DNA of 25,200 nt. Origin: Thermoproteaceae archaeon (lineage in GTDB: Archaea > Thermoproteota > Thermoprotei > Thermoproteales > Thermoproteaceae). The stretch is taken from positions 1 through 25,200 of the forward strand of contig JAJHRB010000018.1 of NCBI GenBank assembly GCA_020833025.1, in the 5' to 3' direction. Below, one piece after another: positions 8,184-16,309 of this stretch. The notes under the pieces are model-generated. The model did not search any database, was not told where the DNA came from, and saw only the letters and a program-made list of their open reading frames with translations. A program made the translations under genes and the position numbers. How positions within the stretch are numbered: position 1 is the stretch's first letter; the number at the start of each line of letters is the position of its first letter.

Positions 8184-8795
8184 TTACCGCGGCCGCTTAA
8201 TAAATACCCTTTCCAGCTTTGAGAAAATCTCGGCAAGGCGCCCGCAGTCGGGGAAGAGCTCATATCTCTCCCCGCCGCATAGATTGCAGCGCGCTGCGAT
8301 GACATTCCCGTGGCCGAAGACGTACATGTTTCCGTCGATGCTCACGGCGCACGCGCTGCAATAGCTCAGGAACAGTCTCGCGGCGAGGGGCTCCGCGGGA
8401 GTGCCCTTAAACTGGCGGAGCTCCGGTACATTAAACAAGCGGATGGTATCTGCAAGAGAGCTGACGGGAAGCGAGAGAATGTCTGCAAACTTCTCGCAGA
8501 CGCGCTCGAGGTACAGCATCACGGCATCCTCGCTGGAGCCGTACATGCGCGCGAGAAGCGCGAGCGCTGCGGGATCGCCCAGCGACGCCATGGCTATCAA
8601 GCCCCGCTCGGTTACCTCGTAAAATCCGCAATCGGCGCAGAGCAGGTCCAGCGCCGCTGCTTGCTTTACTTTTCTCCATGCCGTTGCGAGGGGCATACGA
8701 GTTTTCTTGTAAATTGAATAGAATCTTGCCTTTCCTATATCTAGAGATGCTCTGAGTATCTCCACAAGCTTCTCGTCAATCTTGCAGGCTGGCAT
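8184..8795 (-). CDS. Winged-helix DNA-binding protein with nine Cys, putative transcription regulator
   Basis: HTH-like RFYSIYKKTRMPLATAWRKVKQ followed by a wing ending YEVTERG; three CxxC pairs (CADC, CSAC, CNLC). Confidence 0.75.
   Translation of the reverse strand: MPACKIDEKLVEILRASLDIGKARFYSIYKKTRMPLATAWRKVKQAAALDLLCADCGFYEVTERGLIAMASLGDPAALALLARMYGSSEDAVMLYLERVCEKFADILSLPVSSLADTIRLFNVPELRQFKGTPAEPLAARLFLSYCSACAVSIDGNMYVFGHGNVIAARCNLCGGERYELFPDCGRLAEIFSKLERVFIKRPR
8197..8227 (-). promoter_or_regulatory. hynS promoter embedded in the 3' end of the upstream wHTH gene
   Basis: Minus strand reads TTTTC-TCAAAGCT-GGAAAG-ggta-TTTATTAA: the same half-sites, 8-bp spacer and 4-bp gap to TATA as the hynL promoter. 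Confidence 0.6.
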
Positions 8796-9267
8796 AAAGC
8801 TCCTCTACTCTCCTGACGACCTCCTCCAGGCACTTGGCGCCGCCCTCTGACAGACCCGCGCGGGGGCCCGGATCCGGCGGCTCGCACTCAACGACGTAAA
8901 TCTCATCGGCGTGTCGCTCTAAGTAGCTCAGCCCCGCGAGCAAGTCCTCGAGCGAGATCCTGCCCTCAAGCGAGGGCCTTATCGCGTCGAGAACCTCCCA
9001 CGGGCTGGCCGGCGCTCTCGGCGAGAGCCTATACACCTCCACCGTCCCCGGCCTCCTGCCGCGCGCCACCGCGCCGACGAGAATGAGCTTTCTCGGTGCG
9101 TGACTCCTCAAGTCGTCCAGCATTGTGAAGACGTCGCCTGACAGCTCGATGGCGGGATATCCCCTCTCGCGCAGTACCTTGAGCGCGTAAAGCCCAATTG
9201 CGAGGTCGCCGCCCAGCAGGTACCCGACGCATGCTATTAACACGCCGCCTGGCTCGGGCTGCCCCAT
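8776..9267 (-). CDS. Hydrogenase-maturation-protease homolog lacking metal ligands
   Basis: Start reassigned to ATG 9267 (TATA-like TAATAAAA at 9295-9302). The family pattern is recognisable (VGYLLGGDLAIG; LILVGAV..G..PGTV; VVECEP; GLS), but the E16/D62/H93 equivalents are missing. Confidence 0.8.
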   Translation of the reverse strand: MGQPEPGGVLIACVGYLLGGDLAIGLYALKVLRERGYPAIELSGDVFTMLDDLRSHAPRKLILVGAVARGRRPGTVEVYRLSPRAPASPWEVLDAIRPSLEGRISLEDLLAGLSYLERHADEIYVVECEPPDPGPRAGLSEGGAKCLEEVVRRVEELYASLQD

Positions 9268-9308
9268 GCTCTCTAGCGGGGCCCCGTAGAAAGCTTTTAT
9301 TACGCGAT

Positions 9309-11570
9309 TTACTGTATGGTATATGTAAGAAAGTATATCTGGCCCAGCGCGAGCCCTCCGTCGCCCGGCGGCACCCTCCTCGGCAGGAGAACCCCGGCGC
9401 CGCACCGGGCTGCCGCGTCCCTTACCCCACGCACGATGTAGCTGTTAACTGCAGCGCCCCCGCCCAGCAGGATGTAGCGGTCTCCCTTGCTCTCCGCAGC
9501 CTCGCAAGCCCTCTCGCCGAGAATCCGGCCGAGCGCCACCTGCGCGGTGTACGCCAGGTCCTCCCGCCTGGCCTCCCGCCGCGCGTAATCCACGAGCTCC
9601 CCGAAGAGCTCGACTTGATCCCGGGCGTGCGTCTCGAGCTCGCGGCCGCCCCGCGCCGCGGCCTCCAGCTTCATTGCCGGCTCCCCCTCGTACGTCCTCT
9701 CCCACGCGACTCCCAGCAGCACGGCAACGGCGTCCAGAAACCTCCCGGCGCTTGACGTGAGAATGCGCGGCGACTTGACCTCCCTCATTACCGCGTTGAG
9801 CTCCGCGGCGCCTCCCGGCAGGTATCTCGCCGCCCTCTCCACAAGCTCCTCAGCATCCCCGCAGCACTCGCTGAGGTAGGCTATTGCCATTCTCGCCGGC
9901 CTGTATGCGGCCAGGTCGCCGCCGGGCATAGGGACGTATCTTAAGTGCCACGCGCGCTCGTACATCGCGCCGTCGACGAACAGCACCTCGCCGCCCCACG
10001 CGCTCCCGTCCTCGCCGTAGCCCACGCCGTCTATCGCTATTGCAACGAACGGCTCGTCGATTCCGAGATCCGCCGCCGCGGCTAGTGCGTGCGCGTGGTG
10101 GTGCTGTATCTGAAAGACCTCGGCGCCGAGCTCCTCCGCCCACTCCCTGCACAGCCTCACCGAGCGGTAAGCGGGGTTCTTGTCGCACGCGAGCACGGGC
10201 TCCCTGACACCGTAAACCGACGCGAACCATCTGAGCTCTCTGTCCAGGTACTCGTAGGCCTCGAAGCTGTCGAGATCGCCTATGTACTGCGTGAGGACGG
10301 CCTTGTCCTCCACCCCAATGGCGCCGGCCGTCTGGAGGTCCCCCCCGAACGCAACTGCATGGCGCTTGAGCGCGCGCCTCATTCTAATCCACGCGGGCGC
10401 GTAGCCCCTCCCCCTCCTGATCATTACAGGCTCTCCATCCGTGAACCTCATCACGCTGTCGTCGACTCTGTGCACGATCTCGAGCCCGTGATCGAGCACG
10501 TAGTCAACTACTCTGCCGAGCTTCTCGAGCACGCAGCTGAGAGTGTAACACATTGGCTCCCCCTGCACGTTCCCGCTGGTCGCAATGACGAACTTGTCGC
10601 GAGTCTTGGCGAGGAGTAAGTACTGCAGGGACGTATACGGCAGGAACACGCCCTCCATATCGAGTCCCGGCGACACGAGCGGCGAGACGGGACTGTCATC
10701 GCGCTTGGGCAGCAAGACGATGGGCCTCTGCGGCGACGTTAAGAGCTCGGCGGCGCGGCCGTCGACGTGCGCCAGGCGCCTCGCGACGTCAACGCTGAGC
10801 GCCATGACCGCGAAAGGCTTCTGGGGTCTCCTCTTCCTCCTCCTGAGCTCGGCGACCACGCCGCCGTCTGTTGCGAGCGCCATTATATGGTAGCCACCCA
10901 CGCCCTTGACGGCAACGATGTGACCCCCGTCTATCAGGCGCGCCGCCTCAGCTATCGGGTCCCCGTCCGGGATCTCTGCGCCGCGCCGGTCCAGAAGCCT
11001 GACCCTCGGCCCGTCGCGCCTGCACGAGATTCCCTGGTAGTAGTACCTCCTCACGCCGCCGGCCAGCGGGTCGCCGTACTCCCTCTCGCACTCGTGACAC
11101 ATTGGGAATGCGCGCCAGCTCGTGTTCTCCCTGTCGTACGGCAGCTGTGCGATGATGGAGAACCGCGGCCCGCAGAAGCTGCAGGAGTTGAACGGGTAGT
11201 CCCGCCTCCTCTCCTCGCCGCTCTCGAGAACCTCGCGCAGACAGTCATCGCAGATGGCGAGATCCGGCGGTATCATCGACGGCCTTTTCCGCGCCATCTC
11301 GCTGCCCTCAATTCTGAACCCCGCCGCGCCGAGCGGCTCGACCTCCTCGACGCGGACCTCCTCGAGCCTTATTACGGGCGGCGCGTTGGCAAGAAGGGCC
11401 CTCATGAACTCGCTTGCCCCGCCCCCCTCCACGTAAATCTCCACCTCGCCGCCGCCCAGGTTCTTCACGTACCCGCTCACTCCCAGCTTGTCCGCCAGCA
11501 TCTTGACGTAGGGGCGGAAGCCGACTCCCTGCACTATACCAACAGCGTAAATGCGGTAGGCCCTGGTCAC
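9309..11570 (-). CDS. hypF: Carbamoyltransferase HypF
   Basis: True start is GTG 11570, overlapping the hypC stop (GTGA). GIVQGVGFRP acylphosphatase domain, zinc fingers, YrdC-like VKGVGGYH, QHHHAH, DGVGYG and PPGDGGLALGQ. Confidence 0.97.
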   Translation of the reverse strand: MTRAYRIYAVGIVQGVGFRPYVKMLADKLGVSGYVKNLGGGEVEIYVEGGGASEFMRALLANAPPVIRLEEVRVEEVEPLGAAGFRIEGSEMARKRPSMIPPDLAICDDCLREVLESGEERRRDYPFNSCSFCGPRFSIIAQLPYDRENTSWRAFPMCHECEREYGDPLAGGVRRYYYQGISCRRDGPRVRLLDRRGAEIPDGDPIAEAARLIDGGHIVAVKGVGGYHIMALATDGGVVAELRRRKRRPQKPFAVMALSVDVARRLAHVDGRAAELLTSPQRPIVLLPKRDDSPVSPLVSPGLDMEGVFLPYTSLQYLLLAKTRDKFVIATSGNVQGEPMCYTLSCVLEKLGRVVDYVLDHGLEIVHRVDDSVMRFTDGEPVMIRRGRGYAPAWIRMRRALKRHAVAFGGDLQTAGAIGVEDKAVLTQYIGDLDSFEAYEYLDRELRWFASVYGVREPVLACDKNPAYRSVRLCREWAEELGAEVFQIQHHHAHALAAAADLGIDEPFVAIAIDGVGYGEDGSAWGGEVLFVDGAMYERAWHLRYVPMPGGDLAAYRPARMAIAYLSECCGDAEELVERAARYLPGGAAELNAVMREVKSPRILTSSAGRFLDAVAVLLGVAWERTYEGEPAMKLEAAARGGRELETHARDQVELFGELVDYARREARREDLAYTAQVALGRILGERACEAAESKGDRYILLGGGAAVNSYIVRGVRDAAARCGAGVLLPRRVPPGDGGLALGQIYFLTYTIQ

Positions 11571-11902
11571 GTCGCGGCGCGAGCCCCCGCCCTCAACTCC
11601 TCGGCTATTTTCAGCACGCGCCCCACCTCCTTCTCGATCTCCTTGGCGGCCGCCTCCGGGTCCTCCCCGGCACGTGCGGCAAGCTCCACTGCCATTTGCT
11701 TCCACGCCTCTATGCTCTCCCGCAGAGCGCTGAGATCGACCCTCGCTATAATCACGCCGGCGTGCACCATCACGATGTCGCCAGCGCCGACCTCCCCCTC
11801 GTCTATGCCCAGGAGCGCCGGCCTTTCAATGCCATCGCCGACGTCGACGTAGGCAACACCGCCCTCTACTCTCCTGACGACGGCTGGCACCGCCCAGCAC
11901 AT
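11567..11902 (-). CDS. hypC: Hydrogenase maturation chaperone HypC
   Basis: MCWAVPA start (ATG 11902) and VMVHAG motif; long helical C-terminal tail. Confidence 0.95.
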   Translation of the reverse strand: MCWAVPAVVRRVEGGVAYVDVGDGIERPALLGIDEGEVGAGDIVMVHAGVIIARVDLSALRESIEAWKQMAVELAARAGEDPEAAAKEIEKEVGRVLKIAEELRAGARAAT

Positions 11903-11906
11903 AGCC

Positions 11907-13115
11907 CTAAACAATGCCGGCGTCTCTCGCTACGTCGGTGGCGAGACCCCCGCCGCCGAAACGCGCCCAGATGGCACAGGTGCCCTCCATGGACACCATG
12001 CACGGCCCGACGGGCCTGTCGGGCGTGCATGCTCTCATGAACAGCGGGCAGTCAGTAGGTCTTGCCTTTCCCAGCGTCACCTCGGCGCACCTGCACGTGC
12101 GCGGGAGGTCGTACTGCCACCTCTCCGGCGCGAGCTCGGGAACGCTGAAGTACTTCATTGCGTCATGCTCTGCAAACGCGCCTCTAAGTCTCAGTCCGCT
12201 CTTCGGCAGGAAGCCTATGCCGCGCCAGGCGTCGTCAACGGCCTCGAATACCGTGTACATCGAGGACAGCGCCCTGAGATTTCCCTCCCACCTGACGGCC
12301 CTGGCGTACTCTATCACGACCTTGCTCTCGCCTCTCCTCAGCTGGCGCAGTATCTCCGCAATTGCTGTCAGCACGTCGTGCGGCTCGAAGCCCGCCACGA
12401 CGACCGGAATCCCGTACTGCTCCGCGACTGGGACCCACGCCTTGCCGCCGACAATTGTCGAGACGTGCCCCGGCGCTATAACGCCCGAGACCGGATAATC
12501 CGTGGGCTTTTCTTGCATCATGTCCAGCGCGTAGAACATCGCCGGAGGTGTGAGCTTGACCAGGCTCATGAGCTTTAAATTCGGCGGCACGAGACCTCTC
12601 AACACCGCCTCCGAGTACCCCGGCGCCACGGTCTCGAAACCTATGCCGACGAACACCGATGGCTTGCCGTGCCCCCTCGCGTCGATTATTGCCTGAATGA
12701 AGCTCTGGACCACTCTGACGTCGCCCCCGAGCGCCCTCGCCTCGGCGAGCGACCGCGCGCCATTAACGCCTCTCAGCGCGGGCACTCTGAACACGTCGCC
12801 ATAAGTATACACCACCACGCCCTCGAGAGCCAGCTTTATTGCCTCCTCCACGAAGTAGGAGGGAGTGACGCACACAGGGCAGCCTGGCCCCGCCACGAGC
12901 TCGACGCTCTTAATGCCGGACGTCTCCAGCACGCTCCTGATGCCGTAGTGAACGATCGTCCACTCGTGCGTCCCGCAGAAGTCCATTATTTTATAAACGT
13001 AATGGGGGTCTCTCCTGGCGAGATCCTCGGCGTATTTCTTGATGTAGCCGACGAGCACGGATGTGACGGCGCTTCTGCGCCTGAACGCCGTCTCAATTGC
13101 GGATATGCCGCTCAC
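11907..13115 (-). CDS. hypD: Hydrogenase maturation protein HypD
   Basis: CGTHE, GPGCPVC, GFETVAP, PGHVS, GFEP and CPLF...C...P.GPCMVS.EG.C motifs. Start placed at GTG 13115 from TATA spacing; upstream ATGs are possible. Confidence 0.95.
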   Translation of the reverse strand: MSGISAIETAFRRRSAVTSVLVGYIKKYAEDLARRDPHYVYKIMDFCGTHEWTIVHYGIRSVLETSGIKSVELVAGPGCPVCVTPSYFVEEAIKLALEGVVVYTYGDVFRVPALRGVNGARSLAEARALGGDVRVVQSFIQAIIDARGHGKPSVFVGIGFETVAPGYSEAVLRGLVPPNLKLMSLVKLTPPAMFYALDMMQEKPTDYPVSGVIAPGHVSTIVGGKAWVPVAEQYGIPVVVAGFEPHDVLTAIAEILRQLRRGESKVVIEYARAVRWEGNLRALSSMYTVFEAVDDAWRGIGFLPKSGLRLRGAFAEHDAMKYFSVPELAPERWQYDLPRTCRCAEVTLGKARPTDCPLFMRACTPDRPVGPCMVSMEGTCAIWARFGGGGLATDVARDAGIV

Positions 13116-13164
13116 GGGAAATCGGTCAGGCGAGTATTTTTGTGCTCTCCACTCCGGGCGCGGC

Positions 13165-13764
13165 ATGCCCAGCGCTGGCGGCAAGAGCGCGGGGCTGCGG
13201 CTTAATTACGGCGGCGTCGTGCTGTCGCTGAGGGACTACGCGGGGGCCGTCGCTGAGTACCGCGGCGAGAGTCTCTGCATTGACGTGCTGAGGCCTGACT
13301 GCCACCACGTCTTCTACACGCACGGCCACGAGAGACACTACGGCGGTTACGCCGGGGAGTTCCACGCGCCGTTCCGGGGGAATGTAATCGCGGGGACTGT
13401 AGTGAGGGCAGGGCCCTTTAGAGTTCTCGTAATTGATGCGTACAATATCACGAAGGTGGCAGGCGGGCGCCCCGTCCATAGCAGAGGAGAGGGAGTCGGT
13501 TACGTCATCGAGGTGGCCGGCATTGTCATGTACCACGCCGGCGACACAGATCTAACACCCCAGATGCTGGAGGTCGGGAGGCATGACATAGCGCTGCTGC
13601 CAATAGGGGGCGACGGCGTGATGACGCCGGAGGAGGCTGCCGAGGCGGTAAAGCTGCTGAGGCCCAAAATTGCAATTCCGGTGCACTTCACAGAGGCCAG
13701 GCACTATGTCAAGTTCCGTGACATGGCGCAGCCCTACGCCCAGATAATGAACATCAAGTCGTGA
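13165..13764 (+). CDS. Metallo-beta-lactamase-fold hydrolase (COG2220/UlaG-like)
   Basis: THGHERH, YHAGDT, LLPIGG..VMTPEEA and IPVH motifs; start uncertain. Confidence 0.88.
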   Translation: MPSAGGKSAGLRLNYGGVVLSLRDYAGAVAEYRGESLCIDVLRPDCHHVFYTHGHERHYGGYAGEFHAPFRGNVIAGTVVRAGPFRVLVIDAYNITKVAGGRPVHSRGEGVGYVIEVAGIVMYHAGDTDLTPQMLEVGRHDIALLPIGGDGVMTPEEAAEAVKLLRPKIAIPVHFTEARHYVKFRDMAQPYAQIMNIKS

Positions 13765-13815
13765 GACCCGGGCCCGGCGGTGAAGGAATAAAGAGGCGGG
13801 GACTGCAGGCACGCC

Positions 13816-15534
13816 GTGGCGCGCGAAAGCGTAGTGCCGCCGTACATGAAATACAAGGCCGTCCCGGCGGCAGAGTTCAAGAGACTGTACAGCGAGTCCG
13901 TGTCTGACATCTACGCGTTCTGGATGCGCGAGGCCGCGCACCTGCGCTGGCGGGTCAGGCCGCGCAGGGCATTTGAGGGGGGCGTCTGGTTTCCGGACGG
14001 GTATCTGTCGCCCTACGAGAACGTCATTGGCAGGCACCATGGGACGTTCATGTGGGACAAGATTGCAATAATATGGGAGGACGAGAGCGGCGAGGTGAGA
14101 GCGCTGACGTACTCGCAGCTCGACTCGCTGGCGCTTAGAATGGCCGGCGCGCTCAGAGCCCTGGGAGTCGGCAGGGGAGACTGGGTTGTGTTCTACGCCC
14201 CCCCAACCCCCGAGACGCTTGCCCTCACGTACGCCGCGGTGAGAATCGGGGCGCCGTTCGAGCATGTGTTCACGGGCTGGGGATGGCTGGCGCTCGCGAG
14301 GCGCGTCGCCAGCAGGAGGCCGAGGCTCGTCGTCACGGTAGACGCGTTCCCCCGGAGGGGAAAGCTAGTCAGGACGAAGAACGTCGTTGACAAGGCAGTG
14401 CCGGAGGGCGTGAGGGTTCTCGTGGTTGAGCGCGCGGGGGTGAGCGTGAGCAGGAGGAGGAATGATATATTCCTCTCGGAGGTCGAGCCGGCGGACGGCG
14501 GCGGGGAGGCCGTGGTCGGCAGCGGGCACCCGCTATTCGGGCTCCACGCAGCGTACAGAGACGGGCCGAGGCCGGTGACGCACGCGGCAGGCGGCTACCT
14601 GGTCCAGACCTACGCAACCACAAGGTGGCTGGGCATCAGACCGCGGGACACTTACTTCTGCACGGTGATGCCAGGCTGGATAACAGGGGTGACTTACATG
14701 CTCTTCGGGCCCCTAATGATCGGCGCGACGGTGGTGGTGTACGAGGGCGGCCCCGACTACCCGCAGTGGGACCGCTGGTGGTCCATAATTGAGCGGTACG
14801 CCGTCACGGTGTTTGTAACAACGGCGGGGGCCATGCGATACCTCTCCCGCCAAGACCCCGAGCTGTTGAAAAAACACAACCTGGACACCCTCCGCCTCAT
14901 CATAACCACGGCCGAGCCCTTTGAGGGGGAAATATGGCGCTGGACGTATCAATACGTAGGCACCGGGACTGTCCCAACCGTCGATTCTGTGCCGGAAAGG
15001 CTGACCGGGAGGGTTCCGGTTATCCACGCCTTTATCCAGACCGAGCTGGGGACCTTCGTCACGGGCCAGTTGCCCAACTATGTCTTCACCCCGCTTAAGC
15101 CAGGCTCAGCGGGCCCGCCGATGCCCGGCTTTTACATAGATGTAGTAGACGAGGAGGGGCGGCCGGCGAGGGGCATCCCCGGAAGGCTTATACTAAAAGC
15201 TCCCTGGCCTGCCCTGCCCCTAGAGCCGAAGGTATTTGACGGGATTTACGACACGGGGGATGCGGCTGTGATGGACGAAGACCTCTACATCTACCCGCAG
15301 GGGAGGAGAGACGGCGTGATAAAGATAAACGGGTACAGGGTGAGCCCCGGCGAGATAGAAGAAGCAATAAAGACAGCGCTTGGGGTCGACGTTGTAGTGG
15401 AGAAGACCAGAGACCCACTGCGATTCGAGGTGCCGGTGGTGTATATCAGAGGCGGCGCAAGCCCAGACGACGTAAAGGGGGCGGTGAGAGAGCTCCTAGG
15501 GCCTATCGTTGACGTTGAGGTGAGGTCTATGTAG
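13816..15534 (+). CDS. Acetyl-CoA-synthetase-like AMP-binding protein, degenerate
   Basis: ACS N-terminal region, GWITG, QTELG, YDTGD and GRRDGVIKINGYRV are retained. The P-loop position reads LHAAYRDGPRPVTH and the C-terminal PKTRSGK lysine motif is absent. Confidence 0.85.
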   Translation: MARESVVPPYMKYKAVPAAEFKRLYSESVSDIYAFWMREAAHLRWRVRPRRAFEGGVWFPDGYLSPYENVIGRHHGTFMWDKIAIIWEDESGEVRALTYSQLDSLALRMAGALRALGVGRGDWVVFYAPPTPETLALTYAAVRIGAPFEHVFTGWGWLALARRVASRRPRLVVTVDAFPRRGKLVRTKNVVDKAVPEGVRVLVVERAGVSVSRRRNDIFLSEVEPADGGGEAVVGSGHPLFGLHAAYRDGPRPVTHAAGGYLVQTYATTRWLGIRPRDTYFCTVMPGWITGVTYMLFGPLMIGATVVVYEGGPDYPQWDRWWSIIERYAVTVFVTTAGAMRYLSRQDPELLKKHNLDTLRLIITTAEPFEGEIWRWTYQYVGTGTVPTVDSVPERLTGRVPVIHAFIQTELGTFVTGQLPNYVFTPLKPGSAGPPMPGFYIDVVDEEGRPARGIPGRLILKAPWPALPLEPKVFDGIYDTGDAAVMDEDLYIYPQGRRDGVIKINGYRVSPGEIEEAIKTALGVDVVVEKTRDPLRFEVPVVYIRGGASPDDVKGAVRELLGPIVDVEVRSM

Positions 15535-15979
15535 CAACGAGCTTTCTGAGCCTATCTCTCAGCTCGGCCGCGGCCTTCTTGAGCACCTCAAAATCGAACT
15601 TGTCGAGGTGTCCCTCGTAGAAATTTGCATGTAGTTGCTCAACCGCGGCGAAGAGCTTTACCACCTCCCCATCCCCCGTCTCTGCGGCGATCCTCCTAAC
15701 CACGGCCCATATAAGCATATGCGAGTCGTGGCGCAAGCCCCTCGTCTCTGCAAAAGCCTTTATCAGCTGGATAATTGAATTCCACAGCTTCTCCCCCGCC
15801 TGCCTTAAATCCCTCTCCTCAAGGGCAAGCCCCTCCTGCCAGAAGTAATCGGCACTCTCAAGATACAGCCTCACCCTCTCCGGCGGGTCGGCAATACGTT
15901 CAGCAATTAGCTCAACTACATACGCAACGGGATCCAGGCCCCGCCTCTCCAGCTCCCTAATGATAAACTCTGGAAGCAC
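15527..15979 (-). CDS. PaREP1-family protein (HEPN-like fold), intact
   Basis: DLRQAGEKLWNS...HDSH...LHANFYE pattern. Start GTG 15979 fits TATA at 16004-16011; TTG 15997 is an alternative. Confidence 0.9.
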   Translation of the reverse strand: MLPEFIIRELERRGLDPVAYVVELIAERIADPPERVRLYLESADYFWQEGLALEERDLRQAGEKLWNSIIQLIKAFAETRGLRHDSHMLIWAVVRRIAAETGDGEVVKLFAAVEQLHANFYEGHLDKFDFEVLKKAAAELRDRLRKLVAT

Positions 15980-16093
15980 GTATAACGCTACCCGCAATTT
16001 AAAAATTATAACGCCTCCAGCTCGTCTTTCAAAAACCGCTTTGTTGTCAGTTAACCGAAAGATCTTTAAAAACAGTTGTTCAGAAAGGTGACA

Positions 16094-16300
16094 ATGGACG
16101 TAGTTGAGAGAGGAAACCGGCGGTGATCTGACCCGCGGCGGGAGGAGGGAGACCGGCACCTCCGCCAGTGGGAGGGGGTCCGGCGGGTACCCCGGTGGAT
16201 CCGCGGGATCTCCCTCAAGCCCTCCTGCTGAACTTTGTCTACGGGCCTAGGCAGGCCGGAAAAAACCACAGGCCTTAAGCTCTTGACCGGAGATAAGGGT
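16094..16300 (+). pseudogene. 5' fragment of a COG1373-type AAA+ ATPase
   Basis: TTTAAAAA TATA (16065-16072) then ATG 16094: MDVVERGNRR*SDPRREEGDRHLRQWEGVRRVPRWIRGISLKP / LNFVYGPRQAGK / TTGLKLL. Walker A across a stop and two frameshifts, then truncated. Confidence 0.7.
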
Positions 16301-16309
16301 CGGCTGATC

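Noticed and set aside
8624-8641. Hexapeptide CADCGF shared by the wHTH protein and Isp2
   Set aside because: The codons differ and the contexts are unrelated; most likely coincidence.
9309-11705. Extended starts in the ORF track for hypF (11705), the second protease (9405), hypD (13184) and PaREP1 (16159)
   Set aside because: The extensions overlap neighbouring genes or promoters and lack family similarity; shorter starts fit motif boundaries and TATA spacing.
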